Of a stretch of DNA of 57,278 nt, positions 26,490 to 37,179 are shown piece by piece. The translations under genes and the position numbers were made by a program. The stretch is from Anaerovoracaceae bacterium (GTDB lineage: Bacteria > Bacillota > Clostridia > Lachnospirales > Lachnospiraceae). Below the pieces are notes generated by a model that did not search any database, was not told the DNA's origin, and worked only from the letters and a program-made list of their open reading frames with translations. Every line of letters begins with the position of its first letter. Position 1 is the stretch's first letter. The DNA lies in the NCBI GenBank assembly GCA_963604075.1, contig CAVCPW010000259.1:1-57278 (forward strand), in the 5' to 3' direction.

Positions 26490-28505
26490 TTATTTTGCAA
26501 AGACTGTCATGCCTTCCTTTACAAATAATGGAACGCGGTTAAGCGGAGCATCCACTGTGATCGTGCATCCACCATCATAAACCATTCCGGTTTCATGCTC
26601 ACACCAGTGTCCTTCAGGCAGATATAGTGTGCGTGTGCGCTCACCGGCAGCCAGAACCGGGGCAACCAATAAGTCATGACCAAAGAGATATTCATCTGCA
26701 ATTTCCCAGCAATGCTTGTCAGACGGATAATCATAGAACAGTGGCTTGATAACAGGAGTACCTTTTTCATGCGCCTCTTCCATAACAGTTTTGATGTAGC
26801 TCTTCATGGACTCTCGAAGCAGAATATAGTAGCTCATCATATCCTGAATTTCAGGTGTATAGCTCCAGATCTCATTGTCTGCGCCGGATGCCACCATGCC
26901 GCCGCCTGTAGAGCCTAGTGGCTTGCAGTGCGGATCACGATCGCCGTGCAGACGCATAACAGGACAGAATGCACCGAACTGGAACCAACGCATCAAAAGC
27001 TCCTGAAAGGCTGGATCGTGTACATTTCCACCGTGGAAACCGCCAATATCGGCTGTCCACCATGCGATTCCGGCAAGACCCATATTTAAGCCGGCAGTCA
27101 GCTGATAGCGAAGATATGTAAAGGTCGAAGGTACATCGCCAGACCATACAAGAGAGCCGTAGCGCTGAGAACCTGCCCATGCGCAGCGTACCAGATTTAA
27201 TGGATTTTCTATGCCCTCTGCCTTCATGCCTTCAAAGAAAGTCTGGGAGTATCGAGCCGGATACTCATTTGCACACTCATTTGCCGGGCCATCGTAGTAA
27301 CGGTAGATATCAAAATCCTGAACGGTGTATTCTGGCTCAGCCTCATCTAACCAGAACAGATCGACGCCAAGGGTGCAATAATTTTCCATTGCCTTTTTCC
27401 ATACAAATTCGCGAGTTTCAGGGTTAGTTGGATCGATAAAGCACTCCATGCCGTAGCACTCCATAGTCACGTTCAAGCCGCGGTCGGTGCGGATTAAAAG
27501 ATCGCGTTCCTTCATTTCCTCGTAGTTTACACTTGCACGGTCAACAGTCGGCCAGATGGAAACCATCACGCGAACACCCATCTCATGCAGTTCCTTAATC
27601 ATCGCCTTCGGATCCGGGAAATATTCCGGATCAAAGCGCCAGTCACCCTGCTGTGTCCAGTGGAAGAAGTCAATGACGATAACAGACAACGGAATATTCA
27701 TTTCCTTATATCTTCTTGCAATTGTAAGCACTTCATCTTGTGTCTGGTAGCGAAGCTTGCACTGCCAGAACCCCATCGCCCACTCTGGCATCATCGGAAC
27801 ACGTCCGGTTAATTCTGTATACTGCTCCACAAGACCGGCCGGGGTGTCAGAAGCGTTGATCCAGTAATCAATCTGTCGTGTGGACTCAGCAGTAAACTCA
27901 GTCATGTTGTAGCCAAGCGTTGCACGTCCGATTGCTGGATTGTTCCATAACAGACCATATCCCTTGCTGGAAACAAGATATGGCACACTTGCCTGTGTAT
28001 TTTTCTGAGCAAGCTCAAGTGTGCAGCCTTTTAAATCAAACTGTGGCTGCTGATACTGACCCATACCAAACAGCTTTTCATTGTCATCTGCCTCAAAGCG
28101 AACACTTAGTGCATAATTGTCGCCGCCGATTGCATGATAGGTTCTGGCGGCAGCGCGCTGCATAACGATTGTGTCAAGATCCTGCCAGTCTTTGGTACCA
28201 TAATCCCAGCTGCGGTAATATTCTTTTAATAGCATCTCGTCCTTTTCATTATAGAAGCTAAGACGTCCAAAGTCTGTCACAACAGCGTAAATGTTGCCAT
28301 TTCTTACGATTGCATGATCGTCAAACAGTTCAATTGTTCCATCTGCCTTTGACGGCACATCGAGTGCCCAATTCTTATCGGAAAAGCTGCGGTTTTGCGT
28401 TGCACGAACGCGAAGACCTGCGCCCCACGGGCATACCTCCAGAATTTCCTGTCTGCGCTTAAAGAAAAGCGCACCGTCTTTAATCGTAAAATAATTCATT
28501 TCCAA
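26490..28505 (-). CDS. glycoside hydrolase family 31 (alpha-xylosidase/alpha-glucosidase-like)
   Basis: GFWQCKLRY, IVIDFFHW, FWLDEAEPE nucleophile, VWSGDV acid/base, DIGGF, PVMRLHG. Confidence 0.93.
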   Translation of the reverse strand: MEMNYFTIKDGALFFKRRQEILEVCPWGAGLRVRATQNRSFSDKNWALDVPSKADGTIELFDDHAIVRNGNIYAVVTDFGRLSFYNEKDEMLLKEYYRSWDYGTKDWQDLDTIVMQRAAARTYHAIGGDNYALSVRFEADDNEKLFGMGQYQQPQFDLKGCTLELAQKNTQASVPYLVSSKGYGLLWNNPAIGRATLGYNMTEFTAESTRQIDYWINASDTPAGLVEQYTELTGRVPMMPEWAMGFWQCKLRYQTQDEVLTIARRYKEMNIPLSVIVIDFFHWTQQGDWRFDPEYFPDPKAMIKELHEMGVRVMVSIWPTVDRASVNYEEMKERDLLIRTDRGLNVTMECYGMECFIDPTNPETREFVWKKAMENYCTLGVDLFWLDEAEPEYTVQDFDIYRYYDGPANECANEYPARYSQTFFEGMKAEGIENPLNLVRCAWAGSQRYGSLVWSGDVPSTFTYLRYQLTAGLNMGLAGIAWWTADIGGFHGGNVHDPAFQELLMRWFQFGAFCPVMRLHGDRDPHCKPLGSTGGGMVASGADNEIWSYTPEIQDMMSYYILLRESMKSYIKTVMEEAHEKGTPVIKPLFYDYPSDKHCWEIADEYLFGHDLLVAPVLAAGERTRTLYLPEGHWCEHETGMVYDGGCTITVDAPLNRVPLFVKEGMTVFAK

Positions 28506-28706
28506 GTACCGTCCTTTCCTATGTTAATTTTATTCAAATGATGCAAACAGTTTTGATTGATAAGCTGACTTAATCAATTTTGCAGTTTGCCAAGTCAACA
28601 TTCAGTGATATTTATATTTTACCTTTAATGGAAAAAAAAGCAATGGACAAAATGAAAATGATGCTTGCATTTTGTAGAATGTTCTGTACAATGAATATAT
28701 AACTAT

Positions 28707-28777
28707 TCAGAACCATGCAAAATTGCGTTTCGCTTCTGTCTGCATTCGGGCAAAAGCGCAATCTTATATGGTTCTGA
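28707..28777. repeat. 71-bp imperfect inverted repeat (REP-like or leader hairpin)
   Basis: TCAGAACCATGCAAAATTGCGTTT...AAAGCGCAATCTTATATGGTTCTGA. Confidence 0.6.
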
Positions 28778-28828
28778 GTATCTATAAAATACATAAAGAA
28801 CAAAAGAAAAGACACTGGGGGACAAATC

Positions 28829-29761
28829 ATGGGAATTGTAGTAATCGGCGCCGTATTTGTGGATATTAAGGGCTTTCCGGAGGATGTTTATGTGCCGACC
28901 GGACGCAATGCGGGACGGATTGAATACATACACGGAGGAGTAACACGAAATGTAGTAGAGGATATTGCAAATGTGGAGCTTCGGCCGACCTATGTCAGCA
29001 TAGTGGACACATCCGCACTTGGCGAGGATGTTGTTCGCAAACTAAATAGGCACAAAGTAGATACCAGCTATGTAAAGAGCGTTCCGGGTGGAATGGGAAC
29101 GTGGCTGGCTGTATTTGACAATAAGGGTGATCTGGCGGGCTCCATCTCACAGAGACCGAACCTGTATCCACTGTTATACATGCTAGAGGAAAAGGGAGAT
29201 GAGATTATCTCCAAGGCAGACTCCATTGTGCTGGAAATGGATATTGACAAGGAAATCATCAAGAAGACTTTCCAGTTAGCAGAGAAGTATAATAAGAAGG
29301 TATATGGTGTTGTCTCCAACATGAGTATTGCAGTGGAGCGGCGTGATTATCTAAAATATTTTGACTGCTTCGTGTGCAACCAACTCGAGGCAGGCATTTT
29401 CTTTGCAGAGGATTACGAGGGTAAGACACCAGAGGAACTGTGTGAGATCATTTCTGCAAAGGTGATGAACTCTGAGATTCCGGCAATCGTTGTCACGATG
29501 GGCGCTGAAGGCGCTGTGTATGCAGACTGCAAGGGAGATAAGGGCATTCACCCGGCGCGCAAGGTAATAGTACGCGATACTACAGGTGCGGGCGATGCAT
29601 TCTTTGCCGGTGTTGCAATTGGAATGACTTACGGAAAGAAACTAAAGGATGCCGTTGAGATTGGTACACGTCTGGCAGCATCTGTTATCATCACCACTGA
29701 CAACGTATGTCCGCGCTTCTTACCAAAGGAGCTTGGTATTGACATTGATGTTGAGGAGTAA
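28829..29761 (+). CDS. PfkB/ribokinase-family carbohydrate kinase
   Basis: GGVTRNV, CNQLEA, VTMGAEG, DTTGAGDAF signature. Confidence 0.92.
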   Translation: MGIVVIGAVFVDIKGFPEDVYVPTGRNAGRIEYIHGGVTRNVVEDIANVELRPTYVSIVDTSALGEDVVRKLNRHKVDTSYVKSVPGGMGTWLAVFDNKGDLAGSISQRPNLYPLLYMLEEKGDEIISKADSIVLEMDIDKEIIKKTFQLAEKYNKKVYGVVSNMSIAVERRDYLKYFDCFVCNQLEAGIFFAEDYEGKTPEELCEIISAKVMNSEIPAIVVTMGAEGAVYADCKGDKGIHPARKVIVRDTTGAGDAFFAGVAIGMTYGKKLKDAVEIGTRLAASVIITTDNVCPRFLPKELGIDIDVEE

Positions 29762-29920
29762 CTGAAAAAAAGAGCAGACAATTGAATATGATATAAGGGT
29801 CAAAAGTACAAAGCTTTAGAAATTTGATACCATGGTCAAAAGGTACAAAGCTTTAGGAGTTTTGCCTCTAATACCATTAAATATTGAATTTAAGAAAGTA
29901 AGAAAGGCAGGGAGAGTAGA

Positions 29921-30520
29921 ATGAATATTGTATGTTTGGATCTTGAGGGAGTGCTGGTGCCGGAAATCTGGATTGCGTTTGCAAAGGCGAGCGGCATTCC
30001 AGAGCTTAAGAGGACAACGAGAGATGAGCCTGATTATGACAAGCTGATGAAGTGGAGACTGGGCATTTTAAAGGAGCATGGACTTGGATTAAAGGAAATC
30101 CAGCAGACAATCGCAACGATTGATCCGATGCCGGGTGCAAAGGAGTTTTTGGATGAACTCAGAAGCATGACACAGGTAATCATCATTAGTGATACTTTTA
30201 CCGAGTTTGCAGCACCGCTTATGAAAAAACTTGGCTGGCCAACTATTTTCTGTAATAGCCTTGAGGTGGCAGAGGATGGAGAGATTACTGGCTTTAAGAT
30301 GAGAATTGAGCAGTCTAAGCTGACAACAGTAAAGGCACTTCAGTCAATCGGATTTGAGACAATTGCAAGTGGTGACAGTTATAACGATCTTGGCATGATT
30401 CGCGCAAGCAAGGCAGGATTTTTATTCCGCAGCACCGATTCTATCAAAAATGATAATCCAGATCTGCCGGCATATGAGACATACGATGAACTGATGGCAG
30501 CCATCAAGAGGGCTTTATAA
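29921..30520 (+). CDS. thrH: phosphoserine phosphatase/homoserine phosphotransferase
   Basis: CLDLEGVLVPEIW, TTRDEPDYD, ISDTF, GDSYND HAD motifs. Confidence 0.92.
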   Translation: MNIVCLDLEGVLVPEIWIAFAKASGIPELKRTTRDEPDYDKLMKWRLGILKEHGLGLKEIQQTIATIDPMPGAKEFLDELRSMTQVIIISDTFTEFAAPLMKKLGWPTIFCNSLEVAEDGEITGFKMRIEQSKLTTVKALQSIGFETIASGDSYNDLGMIRASKAGFLFRSTDSIKNDNPDLPAYETYDELMAAIKRAL

Positions 30521-31386
30521 TGGATAGAATACGATCAAAATGGATGCAGGTGGTGGCCATTATTGTAGGCGCGTTTCTCTACACGTTTGGCATGAATTAT
30601 TTTTTGATTCCGTACGGTCTTTACAGCGGCGGTGGTGTCGGAATCGCGCAGATTATCACATATCTGATTGGGCATGTAGTGGATTTGGGAGGACGTAATA
30701 TTTATGGTACAGTATATTTCTTTACTAATATTCCGCTTCTGATACTGGCATGGAAGGGTGTTGGAAAGAATTTCCTGTTCAAGACGATCATCGGATCGAC
30801 TTCAATAAGTTTATTTGCAAATTTTATTCCAATCCCGGCGACACCGATTGTTGACTCTGTTGTGGCATCTGTTTTGATTGCCGGCATTATTACCGGATTT
30901 GGTGTTGGGTTGTTGCTTGTGGCAGGCGGAAGCGGCGGCGGTGTGGATATCATCGGTGTATGGGCAGCGCGAAAGTTCAAGCATGCGTCTGTAGGAAAGA
31001 TTTCACTGTTTGTCAATGCAATAGTCTACGCATGTCTTCTTCTTATGTTTGATATTGAGATTGTAATTTATTCTTTGATCTACATGGTCTTCTTTACCTT
31101 AATGATGGATCGTGTTCATTACCAGAATATTACAGTGCGTCTGATGATTTTTACGAAGTATGATGGAATCGACCAGAAGATCTTAAAGGAAACCGGGCGA
31201 GGTGTGACAGAGTGGACTGGCGTGGGTGCCTATACAAAGGAGGAGACAAAGATTCTGATTTGTTGTATCAATAAATTTGAACAGTCGGAGTTTATTGACA
31301 TTATTCACAGCATAGACCCAAATGCATTTGTAATTGCCGATGAAGGCGTTTCTGTCATGTCAGGTAATTTTGAAAAACGTCTGTGA
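30520..31386 (+). CDS. YitT/DUF2179 family membrane protein
   Basis: YSGGGVG, GGSGGGVDI, RGVT...GAYT and IDPNAFV motifs; TAATG overlap with thrH. Confidence 0.88.
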   Translation: MDRIRSKWMQVVAIIVGAFLYTFGMNYFLIPYGLYSGGGVGIAQIITYLIGHVVDLGGRNIYGTVYFFTNIPLLILAWKGVGKNFLFKTIIGSTSISLFANFIPIPATPIVDSVVASVLIAGIITGFGVGLLLVAGGSGGGVDIIGVWAARKFKHASVGKISLFVNAIVYACLLLMFDIEIVIYSLIYMVFFTLMMDRVHYQNITVRLMIFTKYDGIDQKILKETGRGVTEWTGVGAYTKEETKILICCINKFEQSEFIDIIHSIDPNAFVIADEGVSVMSGNFEKRL

Positions 31387-31585
31387 CAAAATAAAATTCT
31401 CACAAAAATCGATGGCATTTATGAATACAAAATTAGTTAAAACGCAGAAATATACGTCTCCTATTGGCTAATCGGTAAAAAAATGGTAGTATAATAATAT
31501 GTGACATCACGTAGAACGATGTACTGAACATACGCTCTTAGTCTGTCCATTTTTAGGACAGCGGGGCAAAAGGAGGAATCAAGAA

Positions 31586-32221
31586 ATGACAATTACTGAG
31601 CAGTTTAAAGAGTATGGCGTTGTTCCGGTTGTAGTACTGAACGATGCAAAGGATGCACTTCCATTAGCAAAGGCTTTAGTAGAGGGCGGACTGGCTTGTG
31701 CAGAGGTTACTTTCCGTACCGATGCAGCAGAGGAGTCTATTCGTCTGATGAGCGAGGCTTATCCGGAGATGTTAGTTGGTGCAGGTACTGTTCTGACTAT
31801 CGATCAGGTAAACCGTGCAGTTAACGCAGGCGCTAAGTTTATCGTTAGCCCGGGATTTGATCCGGAGATCGTTGACTACTGTCTGGAGAAGAACATCCCG
31901 GTATTACCAGGTTGCATCACTCCATCTGAGGTTGCACAGGCTGTTAAGCGTGGACTGAAGGTTGTTAAGTTCTTCCCGGCTGAGCAGGCAGGTGGCATTG
32001 CTATGATCAAGGCTATGGCAGCTCCATATACCATGGTTAAGTTCATGCCGACAGGCGGAATCAACACCAAGAATCTGGCAGATTACTTAAGCTGTGATAA
32101 GATCCTTTGCTGCGGCGGAAGCTGGATGGTAAAGGGTGACATGATCAAGGCAGGCGAGTTTGACAAGATCACTGCTATGACTAAGGAAGCAGTTGCAAAG
32201 GTTAAGGAAATCCGCGGCTAA
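31586..32221 (+). CDS. eda: KDPG/KHG aldolase
   Basis: AEVTFRT, VGAGTV, FIVSPG, KFFPAE, FMPTGGI. Confidence 0.95.
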   Translation: MTITEQFKEYGVVPVVVLNDAKDALPLAKALVEGGLACAEVTFRTDAAEESIRLMSEAYPEMLVGAGTVLTIDQVNRAVNAGAKFIVSPGFDPEIVDYCLEKNIPVLPGCITPSEVAQAVKRGLKVVKFFPAEQAGGIAMIKAMAAPYTMVKFMPTGGINTKNLADYLSCDKILCCGGSWMVKGDMIKAGEFDKITAMTKEAVAKVKEIRG

Positions 32222-32397
32222 TCATTTCACAGGAAATATAAGTTCCATTCAGGAATAAGTTCTGTTTGAAAATAGGTTTTGTCCGGGCAGCCTGAAGACA
32301 GACTGTCCGGACAGGCAGTAAACAGACAAATAGACCAACAAAAGCAAAGTAAGGTTGGTAAAGCAAAGTTCGTATAAGAAAGGTATGGTTTAGAAAA

Positions 32398-33495
32398 ATG
32401 AATTTAAATTTAAGACCAGCAAGCGAGTGCAAGTTTGATGCAGTATCTCTGGGCGAGGTTATGCTTCGTCTTGATCCGGGCGAGGGCAGAATCCGTACAG
32501 CAAGATCCTTCCGTGCATGGGAAGGCGGCGGAGAGTATAATGTAATCCGTGGTTTAAGAAAGTGCTTCAAGATGAATACCGCTGTTATCACTGCATTTGC
32601 TGATAACGAAGTTGGTATGCTGATGGAAGATTTTATCTGCCAGGGTGGTGTTGATACTTCCCTTATCAAGTGGATGAAGACTGATGGTATCGGTCGTATC
32701 TGCCGTAACGGTTTAAACTTCACTGAGAGAGGCTACGGAATCCGTGGTGCTGTAGGTTGCTCTGACCGTGCAAACACTGCTATTTCCAAGGCTACTCCAG
32801 AGGATTTTGATTTCGATTATATCTTCGGAACCCTGGGTGTTCGTTGGCTGCATACCGGCGGTATCTACGCTGCACTGTCTGAGCAGTCCTGCGAGACCGT
32901 TCTGGCTGCAATCAAGACCGCTAAGAAGTATGGAACTATCGTATCCTACGACTTAAATTATCGTCCATCCATGTGGAGTGCAATCGGCGGACAGGCTAAG
33001 GCTCAGGAAGTTAACAAGGAGATCGCTAAGTACGTTGACGTTATGATCGGTAACGAGGAAGACTTCACCGCTTGCCTTGGCTTCGAGATCGAGGGCAACG
33101 ATGCAAACTTAAAGACTCTGAACCTTGACGGATACAAGAAGATGATCAATGAGGCAGCTAAGACTTACCCGAACTTCAAGGCTGTAGCTACCACTCTTCG
33201 TCAGGTTAAGACTGCTACCGTTAATGACTGGAGCGCAATCTGCTGGGCAGATGGTGAGATCTACAAGGCTAAGGATTACAACGGCCTGGAGATCATGGAC
33301 CGTGTAGGCGGCGGTGATTCCTTCGCTTCTGGTCTGATCTATGGTTTAATGACCACTGAGAATGCTGAGATGGCTGTTAACTACGGTGCAGCTCACGGCG
33401 CACTGGCTATGACTACTCCTGGTGATACCACTATGGCTAGCAAGAAGGAAGTTGAAGCTATTATGGGCGGTGCTGGAGCTCGTGTTCAGAGATAA
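32398..33495 (+). CDS. kdgK: 2-keto-3-deoxygluconate kinase (PfkB family)
   Basis: LGEVMLRL, GGGEYNV, YDLNYRPSMW, DRVGGGDSF; directly downstream of eda. Confidence 0.88.
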   Translation: MNLNLRPASECKFDAVSLGEVMLRLDPGEGRIRTARSFRAWEGGGEYNVIRGLRKCFKMNTAVITAFADNEVGMLMEDFICQGGVDTSLIKWMKTDGIGRICRNGLNFTERGYGIRGAVGCSDRANTAISKATPEDFDFDYIFGTLGVRWLHTGGIYAALSEQSCETVLAAIKTAKKYGTIVSYDLNYRPSMWSAIGGQAKAQEVNKEIAKYVDVMIGNEEDFTACLGFEIEGNDANLKTLNLDGYKKMINEAAKTYPNFKAVATTLRQVKTATVNDWSAICWADGEIYKAKDYNGLEIMDRVGGGDSFASGLIYGLMTTENAEMAVNYGAAHGALAMTTPGDTTMASKKEVEAIMGGAGARVQR

Positions 33496-33568
33496 TTGAA
33501 GGCAGCCCGGTAGATAACGCGTGTTGTCCGTATTTTTACGAATACAAAAAGGTAATAGCATATATGAG

Positions 33569-33612
33569 AAATCCCTCGAAATGGTGTGTAAATATCGTTT
33601 CGAGGGATTTTT
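33569..33612 (+). terminator. intrinsic terminator of eda-kdgK
   Basis: AAATCCCTCGAAATGGT...ATCGTTTCGAGGGATTTTT. Confidence 0.8.
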
Positions 33613-33818
33613 GTATAAATTAGAATCTTTTGACGAATACTGTAGATGTAATGCAAGGTCAGAGAGAATAGATGACATCCGCATTTCGTTTAACTCTATT
33701 GTTTTTTTGACATATATTACCTTTTTTTTACATGAAACTTCTATAATTTACTCAATTTACAGGTGCATTTGTTGATGATATAATTTTTATGAAAAAAAGG
33801 AAAAGAGAGGTGTCTGTC

Positions 33819-35237
33819 ATGAAAAGATCACACAGACTATCGGAGGCAGCTTTCCAACTTGATGGAAAAATGCCGCTGAGGCAGGCGATTCCACTTGGCT
33901 TACAGCATGTGCTGGCCATGTTTGTGGGAAATTTAACGCCGCTTCTTATCATCACCAGTGCATGTGGAATTGCCGGTGGTGAATTTGCAGACCTGCAGTT
34001 ACAACTTTTGCAGAATGCTATGTTTGTAGCAGGAATTGTTACACTTGTTCAGCTGTTTTCGATCGGACCGATCGGAGGCAAAGTACCGATTATCATGGGT
34101 ACATCATCCGGTTTCATTGGAGTATTCAACTCAGTTGTTACGACTATGGGAGGCGGTGTGCTTGCCTATGGTGCCATCATGGGAGCGTCTATTATAGGTG
34201 GTTTGTTTGAGACGGTGCTTGGATTTTTCTTAAAGCCATTGCGTAGATTCTTCCCGTCAGTTGTTACAGGTACAGTAGTGCTGTCTATTGGTCTTAGCCT
34301 TATTTCAGTAGGTGTTAATTCCTTTGGAGGCGGTAATTCAGCGAATGATTTCGGTTCAATGGAAAATCTGTTTCTGGCAATTTTTGTCCTTGTGATGATT
34401 TTGATCTTCAAGCATGCAACCAAAGGTTTTGCAAGCTATTCTGCAATCCTTATTGGAATTACCTTTGGTTATGTAGCAGCATATATTATGGGAAAGGTAC
34501 TTCCTACTACCGGTGTGACAGCTGATGGCGTAGAGTATACAAAAGCATGGGTGCTTAACTGGCAGAAGGTAGCAGATGCGGCATGGTTTGAGATTCCAAA
34601 GCTGATGCCTGTAAAGCCGGTATTTGATATTCGTGCAATCATCCCTGTAATGATTATGTTCATAGTAACAGCAGTAGAGACAGTCGGCGATATCTCCGGT
34701 GTTATGGAGGGTGGTCTTGGACGCGAGGCTACAGATAAGGAGTTATCCGGTGGTGTTATGTGTGACGGACTTGGATCATCCTTTGCAGCGATGTTTGGTG
34801 TTTTGGCAAATACATCCTTCTCACAGAACGTAGGTCTGGTTGCTATGACAAAGGTTGTAAACTTATTTGCATTGTCCACAGGTGCCATCTTCTTGATCCT
34901 GTGCGGTTTATGTCCAAAGCTTGGTGCAATCGTATCCATCATGCCGCAGTCCGTTCTGGGTGGCGCAGCCGTTATGATGTTCTCCTCTATTGTAATCAGT
35001 GGTATTCAGCTGATCACAAAGGAGCCTCTTACAGGACGTAACCTTTCAATCGTTTCTGTTGCATTGGGCGTTGGTTACGGTATGGGTGCAAACTCCAGTA
35101 TTCTGGCGCAGACACCGCAGGCCGTTCAGCTGATCTTCGGTGGTTCAGGTATTGTTCCTGCAGCAATTGTTGCAATTGTGTTAAATATCCTTCTTCCAAA
35201 GGATAAGAAAGAGGAAGCAGCAGAACAAGCTGAGTGA
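33819..35237 (+). CDS. NCS2/NAT-family nucleobase (xanthine/urate) permease
   Basis: GLQHVLAMF, ETVGD, NAT motif SFSQNVGLVAMTKV; ATG 33819 after GAGGTG; adjacent to the Mo-hydroxylase cluster. Confidence 0.92.
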   Translation: MKRSHRLSEAAFQLDGKMPLRQAIPLGLQHVLAMFVGNLTPLLIITSACGIAGGEFADLQLQLLQNAMFVAGIVTLVQLFSIGPIGGKVPIIMGTSSGFIGVFNSVVTTMGGGVLAYGAIMGASIIGGLFETVLGFFLKPLRRFFPSVVTGTVVLSIGLSLISVGVNSFGGGNSANDFGSMENLFLAIFVLVMILIFKHATKGFASYSAILIGITFGYVAAYIMGKVLPTTGVTADGVEYTKAWVLNWQKVADAAWFEIPKLMPVKPVFDIRAIIPVMIMFIVTAVETVGDISGVMEGGLGREATDKELSGGVMCDGLGSSFAAMFGVLANTSFSQNVGLVAMTKVVNLFALSTGAIFLILCGLCPKLGAIVSIMPQSVLGGAAVMMFSSIVISGIQLITKEPLTGRNLSIVSVALGVGYGMGANSSILAQTPQAVQLIFGGSGIVPAAIVAIVLNILLPKDKKEEAAEQAE

Positions 35238-35306
35238 GACGGATAAGTCAGATGAAGTGTACAAGTAAGATACTACGGACAAAGCAAATATGGCGATAGA
35301 AAAATA

Positions 35307-35972
35307 CTATTGCTTGTAAAGCCGTACAAGATCTTCTAAATAGAGCAAATCTTCTGGCGTATCCACATCTTTTAATTCATATTGATCCCGGACGGATATG
35401 AGATGTACCCGTTCGGGATATTTTTTTGCAACAAAGCCGCCGCCTTTTCCTTCTGGCAAAGCCAAAAGTTCTGAAAATGCCCAGTGAGGAAACAATACAG
35501 GAGCCCCCGGAGTATTATCAAAGCTGGGGCGAACAATGGCATTTTTATTAATTAAAAATGTTTGAATGAGTCGTTCAATCGTCTCACGGCGAAGGAGCGG
35601 CTGGTCGCCAGGACAAAAAAGGCACCCATCTATGATATCATTTGCCGCAGTTATGGCAGATAATCCCAGGCGCACTGTATCACTTCGATAAGGGCGGTCA
35701 TGTAAAATAACTTCAATATTTAGTGCATGACAAAGAGCTGCAACATCTGCGTGTCGTGTTACAACGACACGGTGCGAAAAATAGCCTTCTGTGGCAGCAA
35801 GAGCGCGGCAAAGCAAAGGTTCTCCATTAAAATCAGCCATTAGCTTATTGCCGCCAAAGCGTTTTCCGAGGCCGGATGCCATGATGACGCAGCCAAGGCT
35901 AGCGGCACAAGGAATTGCACTCAAATCATGTGTATTATGTGTATTACGTTCGTTATATGTATTTATTTGCAT
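35307..35972 (-). CDS. molybdenum cofactor cytidylyltransferase-like nucleotidyltransferase (MocA/YgfJ family)
   Basis: IMASGLGKRFGGNKL, PGDQP, GAPVLF, DVDTPED. Confidence 0.85.
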   Translation of the reverse strand: MQINTYNERNTHNTHDLSAIPCAASLGCVIMASGLGKRFGGNKLMADFNGEPLLCRALAATEGYFSHRVVVTRHADVAALCHALNIEVILHDRPYRSDTVRLGLSAITAANDIIDGCLFCPGDQPLLRRETIERLIQTFLINKNAIVRPSFDNTPGAPVLFPHWAFSELLALPEGKGGGFVAKKYPERVHLISVRDQYELKDVDTPEDLLYLEDLVRLYKQ

Positions 35973-36013
35973 AGTAATTTCTCCGTATATAGTAAGTGTG
36001 CTATTGCAGTTTG

Positions 36014-36062
36014 TGTTACAGTTTATTCAGCTTTGCGAATGGGCGTCCCGTGAACTGTAACA
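36014..36062. repeat. REP-like hairpin
   Basis: TGTTACAGTTTAT...GTGAACTGTAACA; the inner part matches 1384-1409. Confidence 0.55.
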
Positions 36063-36193
36063 GTTTGTTTTTTTCTGCAGTAAGTATACCAAATCAGCTT
36101 TTCAAAATCAAATCGGACTGATATAATGAAAACGAAAAATAAAAATGAAACTATAATCATAAGTTAAAAATGTGAGCCGAAAAAATAAAAATG

Positions 36194-36258
36194 ATAAAGC
36201 CACAAAATAATAAAGCTACAAAATAATAAAGCTACAAAATAATAAACCTGACACAAAT
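36194..36258. repeat. 16-bp tandem repeat x~4 upstream of the xdh FAD subunit gene
   Basis: ATAAAGC(C/T)ACAAAATA at 36194, 36210 and 36226; degenerate copy at 36242. Confidence 0.8.
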
Positions 36259-36277
36259 AAATAAAGGGAGCAGAAGG

Positions 36278-37072
36278 ATGATAACAATACAAAAATACGT
36301 TAAGGTGCAAAGCCTCGAGGAGGCGTGGAAACTCAATCAAGGCAAGAAAAACCGTATTCTTGGCGGTATGCTGTGGATGAGACTCGGAAATGGAATTGTA
36401 AATACTGCGATTGATCTGTGCGATCTGGGTTTGAATACCATCGAGGAAACCGACGAAGAATTTTCTATTGGAGCGCGGGTAACGCTTCGTGAGATTGAGC
36501 AGCATGAAGGATTAAATGCTTACACAAAGGACGCAGTAAAAGATGCCGTAAAGGACATAGTTGGCGTGCAATTTCGCAACATGGCAACAGTCGGCGGCAG
36601 TATCTGGGGGCGATTTGGATTTTCAGATGTGCTGACGGTATTCTTGGCAATGGATAGCTACGTGGAACTGTACAAGGGCGGAATTGTGCCGCTTTCCAAG
36701 TTCGCCACGATGAAGATGGATAATGATATTTTACTTCGTGTCATTGTTAAAAAACGTGCCTGTCAGATTAGTTACATGGCAGTACGAAATCAGCGCACAG
36801 ATTTTCCAGTGCTTACCTGCTGTGTATCAAAGTTGGACGGTGCATATCGCGCGGTGATCGGTGCACGTCCGGCGCGCGCAAAGCTTGTTCTTGACGAAAA
36901 TGGCATTCTGGAAGGCGGCGTTACAGAAGAGAGCATAGCAGCATTTGCTGCATATGTCGCAGAAAATGCACCGACAGACAGCAACCTGCGTGGCAGCAGT
37001 GAATACCGAACACATTTGATCAAGGTACTTGTAAAGCGTTGTATTGCTCAGCTCGATAAGCAGTGGGAATGA
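36278..37072 (+). CDS. xanthine dehydrogenase-family FAD-binding subunit
   Basis: ILGGMLW, IVGVQFRNMATVGG, RGSSEYR. Confidence 0.9.
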   Translation: MITIQKYVKVQSLEEAWKLNQGKKNRILGGMLWMRLGNGIVNTAIDLCDLGLNTIEETDEEFSIGARVTLREIEQHEGLNAYTKDAVKDAVKDIVGVQFRNMATVGGSIWGRFGFSDVLTVFLAMDSYVELYKGGIVPLSKFATMKMDNDILLRVIVKKRACQISYMAVRNQRTDFPVLTCCVSKLDGAYRAVIGARPARAKLVLDENGILEGGVTEESIAAFAAYVAENAPTDSNLRGSSEYRTHLIKVLVKRCIAQLDKQWE

Positions 37073-37179
37073 TGACAGCTAATAGGAACAAAATAGAAAT
37101 AATATATAAAATAGGGATAGAATAGAAATAATATATAAATTTGTTGTATAGAACAAACCCAAAAAGAAAGGGAAGATGA

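Noticed and set aside
33613..33818. Purine riboswitch upstream of the NCS2 permease
   Set aside because: No TATA...TATGG...GTTTCTACC...CCGTAAA core could be found.
36014..36062. c-di-GMP-I or Moco riboswitch
   Set aside because: GGGACGC...AAAGC on the minus strand is interrupted and lacks the P1/P2 and GAAA features; no Moco motif core; better explained as a dispersed repeat.
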